Positions 1 through 9,639 of a stretch of DNA of 64,000 nt are shown here, in pieces. Within the stretch, counting starts at the first letter, position 1, and every line of letters begins with the position of its first letter. Source of the DNA: an uncultured virus (IMG/VR IMGVR_UViG_3300022900_000008) (lineage: Duplodnaviria > Heunggongvirae > Uroviricota > Caudoviricetes); IMG/VR virus record IMGVR_UViG_3300022900_000008; one strand, written 5' to 3'. The notes beneath the pieces are model-generated. The model ran no database searches, was not told the origin of the DNA, and saw nothing but the letters and a program-made list of their open reading frames with translations. The translations under genes and the position numbers were made by a program.

Positions 1-2
1 CG

Positions 3-2060
3 CTTACGAAACCATCCGCGCCGAATCAAGACATCCCTATTGCGTTCGTTATCTCAAACAATGGATCAAACGGTGTTATTGCGGTACGCGCTTCTCGCCT
101 CGGTTATCACATGGACGAAGTTCACGACGTTGAGATTACCTCCATCGCGGACAAGGATCTACTCGTATACAACAACGCAAACTCTCGTTGGGAGAACGGT
201 AAGACGATTGGTGATCTTACGCTGACCGGTGAACTTAACGGTCCAGCAACTTTCTATATCGATCCAGCACCTCACGACCCAGACACCGACGGAGACACCA
301 ACGGCCTCGTCGTGATTCGTGGCGACCTACAGGTTGATGGAACAACGACAACTATTAACTCAACGACTGTTAATATTGATGACAAAAACATTATTCTTGC
401 GGATGGGGCATCAACTAATACTGAGGCTTCCGGTGGTGGTATCACTATTGCTGGATCGAGTGCTCAGTTAACTTATGACGGTGTCCAAGATCGTTGGAAC
501 ATGAACAAGGGTCTTGAGCTGCTTAGCGTTCCATTGGTGGTTGGCACTGGTTCCACCGACGTAGGAAGAATAGAAAACGACGCTGGCGTGTTCAGCATGA
601 CTGCATACACTGGTAGACAAATTGCGTTTGGCAATGATACTAACGGCGAGCATGTTCGTATTGATGCAGACGGCCAAGTTGGTATTGGCACAGACGATCC
701 ATCGTTGAGACTTGATGTCGCAACTTCTTCTGGTGCAGCAGGTAGTTTTAATAGACACCTAATGTTGTCTAGAGGAACGTCAGTTGGTGCTGCAATCGGT
801 ACTTACCGTGCGGCGACCAGTAACGACGTTGACAGGATGAGCCTAGGTATAGGATCTGCAGCAACCTTAATTGTGTCCGACCTTGGTCGTGTTGGTATTA
901 ACCAAGCATCTCCCAACCAACAGCTTGAAGTTAATGGCCAAATCACTTCTGTTGGATTTGGTCTACCAAACAGCGGCTCAGCTGGTTGGTATAAACTAGG
1001 AACCTTAACCGATTTTGTACAAGGCGGACGAAGTGTAAAATTTAGATTCGTTATGCACTCTGGATATAATGCGTCAGACACCCAGGATTATGACGTAGAG
1101 TTGTATATGAAAACGTCTAATGGCGGTTCAACGAATGCTGCTGGCGGCCTTTATAACAGTTGGACGATTTCCAGAGGATACTCTGGTGCGCAAGCTGAGT
1201 TCAAATGGAAGGACATTGGTGGGGACGATTATGAACTCTACATGATGGTCCCGGCTTTTGCCTTAGGATCATACTATACGATTGAAAAGAGTCATGGGCG
1301 TTGGGTGGTTGCTGCAACAACTGCTACGGATCCTGGTGCGGATAGCGCAACAGTGCTAGAGCCAACGGCAAGAGGTCAGAATCTATTAAGAGCTTATCGT
1401 GGCCACGGATTTGGCCAAACACAGCCTTACGTTGATCAAGATGGTATTCAGATTAATGGCGATAGCTCAGACTATAGCACATGGACCGCTCGTATCGTAG
1501 GTAGAAACAACTCTAAGAACGGCGTTCATATTGAGGTTGGGGCTAACTCTAATCAGAGACCACTTCGTATTAGGAATCATGATTCAACACAGGAGCTGTT
1601 TACCGTTAGGGCTGATGGTACTGTTGGCGTTGGTACCGACACTCCTAGCAATCCGCTTCAAGTTCTTAACTCGGGTACAACAGCAACTGTAAAAATCGAA
1701 AACTCTAGTGGGCAATCAACAGAAGGTGCATGTCTAATCCTAGATGCGAGTGGCCGTGGCACTGGTGTAGTCGATATCGATATCTTTAAGATTGAAAACT
1801 TCAACGGTGATTTATTTGGTATTAATAACGCTGGTGACTTAATTCCATATACATCCACTCAAGATCTAGGATCTACAGCAAATCCTTGGCAGAACATCTA
1901 TACGCAAGACTTGAACTTAAGCAACGAAAAGAGAGACGAGGGTAACTCTGTGGACGGCACGAAGGGCAACTGGACCATTCAGGAGGGTGACGAACACTTG
2001 TACATCATAAATAATAAGAGCGGTAAAAAGTATCGCTTTGCCCTGGAGGAGATTGAGTAA
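3..2060 (+). CDS. Tail fibre-like protein, 5'-truncated by the window edge
   Basis: Frame is open from position 3, upstream of the 111 ATG. Gly/Thr-rich, repeated GxVGIG(T/I)xxP fibre motifs; C-terminal DLGS..PWQNIYTQDLNLSN...GNWTIQEG motif typical of marine phage fibres. Confidence 0.75.
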   Translation, partial: LTKPSAPNQDIPIAFVISNNGSNGVIAVRASRLGYHMDEVHDVEITSIADKDLLVYNNANSRWENGKTIGDLTLTGELNGPATFYIDPAPHDPDTDGDTNGLVVIRGDLQVDGTTTTINSTTVNIDDKNIILADGASTNTEASGGGITIAGSSAQLTYDGVQDRWNMNKGLELLSVPLVVGTGSTDVGRIENDAGVFSMTAYTGRQIAFGNDTNGEHVRIDADGQVGIGTDDPSLRLDVATSSGAAGSFNRHLMLSRGTSVGAAIGTYRAATSNDVDRMSLGIGSAATLIVSDLGRVGINQASPNQQLEVNGQITSVGFGLPNSGSAGWYKLGTLTDFVQGGRSVKFRFVMHSGYNASDTQDYDVELYMKTSNGGSTNAAGGLYNSWTISRGYSGAQAEFKWKDIGGDDYELYMMVPAFALGSYYTIEKSHGRWVVAATTATDPGADSATVLEPTARGQNLLRAYRGHGFGQTQPYVDQDGIQINGDSSDYSTWTARIVGRNNSKNGVHIEVGANSNQRPLRIRNHDSTQELFTVRADGTVGVGTDTPSNPLQVLNSGTTATVKIENSSGQSTEGACLILDASGRGTGVVDIDIFKIENFNGDLFGINNAGDLIPYTSTQDLGSTANPWQNIYTQDLNLSNEKRDEGNSVDGTKGNWTIQEGDEHLYIINNKSGKKYRFALEEIE

Positions 2061-3520
2061 TGACTATTCACAAAGCTGGTATTGAAAGAATTGGGCGTCC
2101 AGCGTTTCAAATGGACTTTGTTAACTCAAAACAATTCCCTGGTTGGCATAATCCTTTCATTAGATCTTCTGTTGGAACATATCTAAATGCTGCTGGTTAT
2201 ATCGATACAGCAAGAAACAATGAGCCTAGATTTGATCATCATCCAGAAACTGGAACTCCTAGAGGCCTTTTGCTTGAAAACTCTCAAACTAACTACATGA
2301 CTGATTACAGGTTTCATTATGCAACAAGTAACCCATCATTTAGTTCTAGTAATCTACAACAATTAACAGCAGTAGGCGGTCATGGTGGCACATTAAGTCC
2401 TTCTGGTGATTATACTGCTACGCTTTATACTGTTGACGGAAGCAATTCTGCACACAGAGTCATTAGCGGATCAAATCCTATTAGTGGCAATGCACAATGT
2501 TTTTCGTTTTTTGTCAAACCAAATGGAACTAATCGCATTTCTCTAGACTGTGATAATATAGGAATTAATATTGGATATTTTTTAAGCGGTGATGGATCTA
2601 TTCATGGTACTCCTACAAATAGTAATAGTCTTTTAACACATTACGGAATTGAAAAATATCCAAACGGATGGTATAGATGCTTTGCTTCAGTTTCAAGTGC
2701 ATTAAGTAATGGTGGAAACGACTGGAGAATTTATTTAGCAAATAACGTTCATCATACGTCTTTTACAGGAAGTGGTGAATCGGTTTGGTTGTGGGGAGCA
2801 CAACTTGAAAACTCTCGCATACCCAGTTCTCTTATCAAATCTACTGGTGGGTCAGTAACTAGATCACAGGACTATTTAGGTAAGGAAAGCGATGGTAATC
2901 AAACTCTGAACAGAATATATGCTACTTCAAATGGAGGTGCGGGATCATATCCGTCAATTGGTCAGCCAAGTGAGGTTGGTCAAATGGTTTATCTTCACGG
3001 AGAAATCCACTGGGATTGGAACAGCGGAACAAACTACTATTACTTTCAATGGGACGCAACGGGTGGTAATGAATATTACGGATTTCGTATTGGTGGTTCA
3101 TCTGGGGTTATGACACTTCAAGTCTATAATAACGGAAGTTATAACTCTGTTACTCTAGGAGGAAGTCCTGTACAAAGGTTGAGTGGCATGCCATCAAATG
3201 CGTTTGGACATGCAATAAAAAGAGAATTTGTGTTTGCTGCAAGCTTACATCCAGATACTGGTATGAGGGCAAAGGGTCGATATATCAATCCGACAGATAA
3301 CCATTATTATGAAGATGCCGCACAGTTAGAAATACTATCTGGCGCGACAAATCCTTCTTTGCCGGGTAATCAAGGATATGGCCAACTTGATTTGTTTGGA
3401 CTGAGTTCTGGTCAAATACTAAGAAACGGCCATATAAAGTGCTTAAAGTTTTGGAACCATCCGTTTGGATTAAACAATGACGACGTTGATAATATACTTA
3501 CGCAATTGGTGGAGGAATAG
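2060..3520 (+). CDS. Putative virion fibre/spike protein with beta-sandwich domains
   Basis: RSSVGTY...PRFDH...RGLLLEN..TN and WGAQLE...SxIxSTGGSVTR motifs seen in phage fibre/spike proteins; translationally coupled to the upstream gene. Confidence 0.55.
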   Translation: MTIHKAGIERIGRPAFQMDFVNSKQFPGWHNPFIRSSVGTYLNAAGYIDTARNNEPRFDHHPETGTPRGLLLENSQTNYMTDYRFHYATSNPSFSSSNLQQLTAVGGHGGTLSPSGDYTATLYTVDGSNSAHRVISGSNPISGNAQCFSFFVKPNGTNRISLDCDNIGINIGYFLSGDGSIHGTPTNSNSLLTHYGIEKYPNGWYRCFASVSSALSNGGNDWRIYLANNVHHTSFTGSGESVWLWGAQLENSRIPSSLIKSTGGSVTRSQDYLGKESDGNQTLNRIYATSNGGAGSYPSIGQPSEVGQMVYLHGEIHWDWNSGTNYYYFQWDATGGNEYYGFRIGGSSGVMTLQVYNNGSYNSVTLGGSPVQRLSGMPSNAFGHAIKREFVFAASLHPDTGMRAKGRYINPTDNHYYEDAAQLEILSGATNPSLPGNQGYGQLDLFGLSSGQILRNGHIKCLKFWNHPFGLNNDDVDNILTQLVEE

Positions 3521-4387
3521 ATGACTAAATTAATTGGTAAAGGTCCATCACAAGTACCTACAAACTCAGACTTAGGTACAATGGCATATGTTGATCATCT
3601 TGGTATTGGTGATATTAGAGTTCGTAGCTTAAATTATGAACCTTCTGACGCGAATAGATTTAGTTATTCACAAGCAGATACGGCTGTTATTAACATTAAG
3701 TCACACGATAATACACGTGCAGGTGGTATATACCTAGAACGCTATAACGAGCGTAAAGGTTATAGCATTTACATGACTTCTGGTGGACTAGGCGGCAATG
3801 ATACGTTAAATTTTGATCGAAATAATAATGGCACTAAATCTACAACAATGGCATTAGACCGTGAGGGTGACGCTCATTTTGGTAATGATGTCACAGCCGC
3901 TGGCACATTTGTATCCACTGACGAAGCAACTGCTACCTTTTCAATTACGGATACTTTTACTGCAACAGCTAACTCCGTGACTAAATTTGCAATTGATCTT
4001 ACGAGTAGATTAGGTCTTAGCACTGGCGGCACTGTGAACTACATAGTTTCTATAGGAGGATACGCATCAGCTGGAGCAAATAGTGTAACCGCAGCCTATA
4101 AAGTTGCTGGATACGCCGGACATTCTTGGGCAAATACTTTTAGTGGAAATGGGTATAACAGTTTCGGAGCAGGTGTTATAGACAACGGCTACAATACTTC
4201 TGGGTCAACGATTCACACTGGAAGGGGGCACAACTATCATCCTGCCGTAAACTTAGGAGCTTATATTTTCAATGGCCAAGTATATGCATTCAGTCCAAAT
4301 CCTCAACAATTTGGATTTGCAGTATCAAACGCAAGTGCAACTTACGGTATGGGATGTATTATAACGATAACAGGAACTTACAGCTAA
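3521..4387 (+). CDS. Putative tail fibre-associated structural protein
   Basis: N-terminal LIGKGPSQVPTNSDLGTMAY motif, Gly/Ser/Thr-rich, lies in the fibre cluster. Confidence 0.5.
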   Translation: MTKLIGKGPSQVPTNSDLGTMAYVDHLGIGDIRVRSLNYEPSDANRFSYSQADTAVINIKSHDNTRAGGIYLERYNERKGYSIYMTSGGLGGNDTLNFDRNNNGTKSTTMALDREGDAHFGNDVTAAGTFVSTDEATATFSITDTFTATANSVTKFAIDLTSRLGLSTGGTVNYIVSIGGYASAGANSVTAAYKVAGYAGHSWANTFSGNGYNSFGAGVIDNGYNTSGSTIHTGRGHNYHPAVNLGAYIFNGQVYAFSPNPQQFGFAVSNASATYGMGCIITITGTYS

Positions 4388-4638
4388 TGAAAATAGATAG
4401 ATACGGATCAGTAATGATACTAGAGCACAACGTGACTCGAGTGGTAGAAGGAGTTGAAGTGACTTTACCTAAAGCTTGGAGAGAGTTAGTACCGTGCGTG
4501 AAAATTGATGGCGTATGGCAAGATACAGACATATCTTCTGAAACTCAGGAAGTTCAAGACTTTTGCACTGCACAATGGAGTGATGCAATAAAACAAGAAT
4601 ATAAAGATCACACAGACGCATGCCTTGTGGTGGAATAA
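4387..4638 (+). CDS. Small hypothetical protein, possibly a fibre assembly chaperone
   Basis: ATG at 4387 overlaps the upstream TAA; D-I-S-x-E-x-x-E-V-Q-x-x-C-x-x-x-W motif. Confidence 0.45.
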   Translation: MKIDRYGSVMILEHNVTRVVEGVEVTLPKAWRELVPCVKIDGVWQDTDISSETQEVQDFCTAQWSDAIKQEYKDHTDACLVVE

Positions 4639-4665
4639 ATAAAGGTATAACGACAGGAAAATAAA

Positions 4666-5412
4666 ATGGCCGTACCTAACTCAAGACAGACTCTAATCGA
4701 TTATTGCCTTCGCACGCTGGGCGAGCCTGTGCTTGAGGTAAACGTCGATGAGGATCAACTAAGCGATCGTATCGACGAGGCACTTCAGTTCTATCAGGAG
4801 TACCATTCCGATGCGATTTATAAGGTGTACCATAAACATCAGATCACTGCGGCGGATATCTCAAACGAGTATATCTCTATCCCTGATGCGATTACAACCG
4901 TTCAAAGAATCTTTCCACTGAACGACGAGAACAGTTCAATCAATATGTTTGATGCTCGTTATCAGATTCACTTAAACGATATCTTTGATTTGCGAAACGC
5001 TGGTGCACTATCGAATTATTATCAGACTCAGCAGTACATGAGTACCATTGATCTGTTGCTTAACGGAACCGAGCAGGTTCGGTTTAACCGTCATATGAAC
5101 AGATTGTACATTGATGCTGACTGGGGAGAGGATCTTAAGGAGAACGATTACGTCATCGTTGATGCCTATCGTATCGTAGATCCTGATACACATACCGATG
5201 TATATAACGATATGTTCCTTAAGAGATATGCGGTTGCTCTGATTAAAAAGCAATGGGGCGCAAACCTAATTAAGTTTGAGGGCATGCAACTTCCAGGAGG
5301 TGTTACCCTGAACGGCAGACAACTGTATGATGATGCTGTAACCGAGATCGCAGCGGTCGAGGAACAGATGCAGCTTAAGTATGAAATGCCACCAGATTTC
5401 TTCATGGGATAA
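4666..5412 (+). CDS. gp13: Neck protein gp13
   Basis: LIDYCLRTLGEPVLEVNVDEDQ and KKQWGANLIKFEGMQLPGGVTLNG motifs; T4 synteny. Confidence 0.95.
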   Translation: MAVPNSRQTLIDYCLRTLGEPVLEVNVDEDQLSDRIDEALQFYQEYHSDAIYKVYHKHQITAADISNEYISIPDAITTVQRIFPLNDENSSINMFDARYQIHLNDIFDLRNAGALSNYYQTQQYMSTIDLLLNGTEQVRFNRHMNRLYIDADWGEDLKENDYVIVDAYRIVDPDTHTDVYNDMFLKRYAVALIKKQWGANLIKFEGMQLPGGVTLNGRQLYDDAVTEIAAVEEQMQLKYEMPPDFFMG

Positions 5413-5415
5413 CAC

Positions 5416-6621
5416 ATGGCAACGAATGTATTCTTTTCACCCAAGGTTAGAACAGAGCAGCACCTCTACGAGGATATCGTAATTGAGGCACTGCAGATGT
5501 ATGGCCAGGATGTATATTATATTCCTAGGTCACAGATAACTCAGGACGTGATTCTTAATGATGATTACTCAGAGTTCAAGGATAGTTACGCCATTGAGAT
5601 GTATATCGCTAACACCGAAGGATTTGAGGGTGAAGGAAACCTTATGTCTAAGTTTGGCCTTGAGATCAGGGACCAAGCAACCTTCGTTGTGGCTAAGAGA
5701 AGATTTGGTCAGCTCGTAGACATTCCCGATAACTCACTTAGGGAGGACAGACCAAGAGAAGGCGATTTGGTATATCTTCCTTTGTCTAAATCACTCTTTG
5801 AGATTAAGTTCGTTGAACACGAGAAGCCGTTCTATCAAGTAAGTCAGTTACCTACATACGAATTGCAGTGTGAGCTGTTTGAGTACGGTTCAGAAAAATT
5901 CGACACTTCAATCGAAGAACTCGATCGTTTCGAGCAGATATACGCAACACGAGAAACACTTCTTATCGACGGTGGCGTGTATGGATTCGCACCAGGAGAT
6001 CGTATCGAGCAACAAATCGTTCCCTTCAAGGAATCAACGGCATCAGCTCAGTCAACACTGGTTTCTAGCTCAGTTGATACCGTAACGGTTACCGATGGAG
6101 GATTTGGCTATACGTCAGTTCCTTCTGTTGTCTTTGAGGCACCTCCAAGCGGATCTACCGCAATAGGTACCGCAGTGCTTACTGATGGTGTCGTGACAAG
6201 TATTACGATTGATGACCCCGGCAATGGCTATCTAGTTGAACCAGGTGTTACGATTTCTCCTTCACCGGCCGCCGATATTGCCGCTGTTAAGATCACCGGT
6301 GAGATCGCTACGTTTGACGAAACGCGGGAAGCCGCTGGATTGGTTACTCGTCAGGCAAGGATCCAAGTCGTTGATGTTCAGTCAAGCCTAGGAGACACTA
6401 AGACTTTCCTACCGACGGACCTATCAAATAATATTGGTAAGATCACGCACCTGACTGATGCAAACAACGATTGGTCTATCGTTACCGTGTACAAGGTTGG
6501 CAGTGACGGGTTTGATATTCCAAACGAGCCACTCTCCCAGAACGAAGACTTTGAGACCGAAGCAGATTCAATCATTGATTTCTCTGAATCTAATCCATTC
6601 GGCGATCCAAGTACGGAGTAA
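5416..6621 (+). CDS. gp14: Neck protein gp14 with an inserted beta-repeat region
   Basis: YGQDVYYIPR, SKFGLEIRD, RPREGDLVY, FEIKFVEHEKPFYQ, C-terminal DFSESNPFG. Confidence 0.93.
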   Translation: MATNVFFSPKVRTEQHLYEDIVIEALQMYGQDVYYIPRSQITQDVILNDDYSEFKDSYAIEMYIANTEGFEGEGNLMSKFGLEIRDQATFVVAKRRFGQLVDIPDNSLREDRPREGDLVYLPLSKSLFEIKFVEHEKPFYQVSQLPTYELQCELFEYGSEKFDTSIEELDRFEQIYATRETLLIDGGVYGFAPGDRIEQQIVPFKESTASAQSTLVSSSVDTVTVTDGGFGYTSVPSVVFEAPPSGSTAIGTAVLTDGVVTSITIDDPGNGYLVEPGVTISPSPAADIAAVKITGEIATFDETREAAGLVTRQARIQVVDVQSSLGDTKTFLPTDLSNNIGKITHLTDANNDWSIVTVYKVGSDGFDIPNEPLSQNEDFETEADSIIDFSESNPFGDPSTE

Positions 6622-6627
6622 TAGATT

Positions 6628-7620
6628 ATGTTTTCAGGCCATTACTATCACGAACACATCAAAAGAGCGGTAGCTGTTTTTGGTACTCTGTTCAATAACA
6701 TGTCCGTCGTTAAAAAGAACGGAAGTGGTAATGTTATATCGACCATCAAGGTACCTCTTGCGTATGGTCCTAGGCAAAAGTTTCTTGCAAGGATTCAGGA
6801 CGAAAAACATCTAAACGATCCTAAGCTTGCGATTCGTTTACCTCGTATGTCGTTTGAGATCATATCAATGACGTATGACACAAACACAAAACTGCAAAAA
6901 GGTGTCACTAGAACACTTGCTTCTTCTGACCCGACCAAAAAGCAAACCATTCTTAACCCAGTTGGTTATCGTATGGGGCTGCAGTTAAACATTATGACAA
7001 AGAATCAGGACGAGGCATTACAACTACTCGAGCAGATTCTTCCATACTTCCAACCGGAATACACAGTAACCGTAAAGGAAGTTCAAAATAATTTTAAGTC
7101 TGATATGCCATTCGTACTTCAGTCAGTAACAATGTCTGATGACTATGAGGGTGATTTTCTTTCACGTCGTGCCATTATTTACACACTTGAGTTTGAGACT
7201 CGTGTAAGGTTCTATGGGCCGTTAAGTGATAAGGGAATCATTCGTAGAGTCGATGCAACGTTCGCTGATACTGAAATGACTGTTAATGATGAACCATACC
7301 AAACACAAAAGATTTATATCTCACCTAGTACCGCTCAAGAAACGGATGACTATGATATTGAGGTTGAACTGATTAATCCAATTCCTGACGAAGCTGTGAT
7401 ATCATTCACGACAAGCTCAGGAACATTTACCGTTGGCGAAAGCGTCACTGGTAGTACATCAGGAACAGTTGGCCGTATAAGTGCAGTGACAGGATCGACC
7501 ATTACGGTTGATTCTCCAGATGGAAGATTTACCGATACCGAAACAGTTACAGGGGTAACCTCTGCGGCCACACTAACGGTTGATTCTTCCTCGGATTCTT
7601 GGGTGTTGTATGACGGATAA
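6628..7620 (+). CDS. gp15: Tail sheath stabiliser/terminator gp15
   Basis: FGTLFNN, KVPLAYGPRQKFLAR, LPRMSFE, EQILPYFQP motifs. Confidence 0.95.
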   Translation: MFSGHYYHEHIKRAVAVFGTLFNNMSVVKKNGSGNVISTIKVPLAYGPRQKFLARIQDEKHLNDPKLAIRLPRMSFEIISMTYDTNTKLQKGVTRTLASSDPTKKQTILNPVGYRMGLQLNIMTKNQDEALQLLEQILPYFQPEYTVTVKEVQNNFKSDMPFVLQSVTMSDDYEGDFLSRRAIIYTLEFETRVRFYGPLSDKGIIRRVDATFADTEMTVNDEPYQTQKIYISPSTAQETDDYDIEVELINPIPDEAVISFTTSSGTFTVGESVTGSTSGTVGRISAVTGSTITVDSPDGRFTDTETVTGVTSAATLTVDSSSDSWVLYDG

Positions 7621-7975
7621 TCCTACCAAAGAAATTGATGACGATTACGAATACGCTCGTGCTAAGTATTACAACCTAGCAGAAAAGGGTGATGAGGCAA
7701 TCGATCTAATGATGGAACTTGCTCGTGAGAGTGAGCACCCTCGTGCATTCGAGGTTTTATCAAACATGATGAAACAGAACGCAGAGATCACCGACAGATT
7801 GATGGATCTTCAAAAGAAGAAAAAGGAAATCAAACTAGATCCTAATAAAAGGTTGCCAAACTTAACTCAGAATAATGTTTATGTGGGATCCACTACGGAT
7901 CTACAGCGTATGTTACATAATAAGAAAAAAGAAAAAGCAGTTATAGATCATGAGCCAAAGTCGAATAACGAATAA
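7610..7975 (+). CDS. gp16: Terminase small subunit gp16
   Basis: DYEYARAKY, ESEHPRAFEV, NNVYVGSTTDLQ; ATG at 7610 preferred over 7580. Confidence 0.92.
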   Translation: MTDNPTKEIDDDYEYARAKYYNLAEKGDEAIDLMMELARESEHPRAFEVLSNMMKQNAEITDRLMDLQKKKKEIKLDPNKRLPNLTQNNVYVGSTTDLQRMLHNKKKEKAVIDHEPKSNNE

Positions 7976-9554
7976 CGAGTTCGGCTACCTCGGCAACCCA
8001 AACATTAAAAGGGATGGTGTCGAGCAAGAGTGGACTCAGGAAGAAATCAAAGAATACGCAAAGTGTATGAACGATCCCGTATACTTTGCGACTAAGTACT
8101 GTAAAATTATTTCTCTCGATGAGGGTTTGGTTCCTTTTAACCTATATCCGTATCAAGAAGAAATGTTTAAGCATTTTAACAAACACAGGTTTTCGATTGT
8201 TTTAGCGTGTCGTCAGTCGGGTAAATCGATATCATCGGTTACCTATCTGTTGTGGTATGCAGTTTTTAATCCAGAAAAAACTATTGCTGTATTAGCGAAC
8301 AAAGGTTCAACCGCTCGTGAAATGCTAGCGCGTATTACGATTATGTTAGAGAACCTTCCGTTCTTTCTTCAACCCGGTTGTAAAATTGTAAACAAATCCA
8401 ACATTGACTTTTCTAATAACTCTCGTATTATCGCTGCCGCTACATCAGGATCCTCAATTCGAGGTATGTCTGTCAACCTACTCTTCCTTGACGAATTTGC
8501 ATTTGTCGAGAACGACGCAGAGTTTTACACCTCAACATATCCAGTTGTGTCAGCGGGTGCAGACACCAAGGTCATTATCACGTCAACGGCAAACGGAGTC
8601 GGAAACGTATTTCATAGAATCTGGGAAGGCGCAGTTCAAACAACCAATGACTATAGATCATTCAAGGTGGATTGGTGGGACGTCCCAGGAAGGGATGAGG
8701 AATGGAAAAGACAGACCATTGCCAATACATCTGAACTTCAGTTTAACCAAGAATTTGGAAACACATTCCACGGAACAGGAAACACCCTGATCGCTGCCGA
8801 TGCGCTATTAAAACTTCAAGCGCAGAATCCAGTATACGTTCAAGACAACGTCAAGGTATACGAAAAGCCACAACGAGATCATCAGTATATGATGTTCGTT
8901 GATGTAGCGAAGGGAAGAGGGCAGGATTACTCCACCTTTACGGTGATTGATATATCGGTGCGACCTTTCAAACAGGTGGCGGTATATCGTGACAATGTTA
9001 TCTCTCCATTGCTCTTTCCTGACATTATTTATAAATATGCTATGACTTTTAACGAAGCGTATGTGGTTATTGAGTCAAATGATGCAGGACAGGTCGTATG
9101 TAACGGGTTGTATTATGATCTTGAGTACGAAAACTGTTATGTAGAATCAATGGTGAAAGCAAACGCTATTGGTGTGACTATGACTCGTAAGATCAAACGA
9201 ATTGGCTGTTCAAACATAAAAGACTTAGTCGAACAGTTTAAGATTGAGATCGTTGACGCGGATACCATCATTGAGATGTCTACTTTCGTTGCTAAGGGAT
9301 CCTCCTACGAGGCTTCCGATAACAACCACGACGACTTAATGATGAACCTAGTGTTATTTGGTTGGTTCTCCACCAACCCGTTCTTTAACGAAATGACGGA
9401 TATTAACGTTAAGGATATGATATACGCGGAACAGATTAAAATGATTGAAGAGGATATGGTACCATTCGGAGTCGTTGATGATGGCCGTGAACCTGAGTAT
9501 ATCTACGAAGGCGGGGATATGTGGAAGGTTGACGAAGAAGGTAGTCTATACTAG
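7950..9554 (+). CDS. gp17: Terminase large subunit gp17
   Basis: RQSGKS Walker A, LFLDEFAF Walker B, DVAKGRGQDYS and HDDLMM nuclease motifs. Confidence 0.97.
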   Translation: MSQSRITNNEFGYLGNPNIKRDGVEQEWTQEEIKEYAKCMNDPVYFATKYCKIISLDEGLVPFNLYPYQEEMFKHFNKHRFSIVLACRQSGKSISSVTYLLWYAVFNPEKTIAVLANKGSTAREMLARITIMLENLPFFLQPGCKIVNKSNIDFSNNSRIIAAATSGSSIRGMSVNLLFLDEFAFVENDAEFYTSTYPVVSAGADTKVIITSTANGVGNVFHRIWEGAVQTTNDYRSFKVDWWDVPGRDEEWKRQTIANTSELQFNQEFGNTFHGTGNTLIAADALLKLQAQNPVYVQDNVKVYEKPQRDHQYMMFVDVAKGRGQDYSTFTVIDISVRPFKQVAVYRDNVISPLLFPDIIYKYAMTFNEAYVVIESNDAGQVVCNGLYYDLEYENCYVESMVKANAIGVTMTRKIKRIGCSNIKDLVEQFKIEIVDADTIIEMSTFVAKGSSYEASDNNHDDLMMNLVLFGWFSTNPFFNEMTDINVKDMIYAEQIKMIEEDMVPFGVVDDGREPEYIYEGGDMWKVDEEGSLY

Positions 9555-9567
9555 AGATATGATTATT

Positions 9568-9575
9568 TATAAATA
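9568..9575 (+). promoter_or_regulatory. gp55-dependent late promoter (representative of a set)
   Basis: Intergenic TATAAATA before gp18; also at 13346, 17216, 17835, 31161, 52161, with NATAAATA variants at 4634, 11772, 28751, 59305. Confidence 0.85.
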
Positions 9576-9639
9576 AATACATGAGAAACCGTCGTATTAT
9601 GAAAATCTTATCTATTAAACTCAATGAGGGGAAAAGCAC

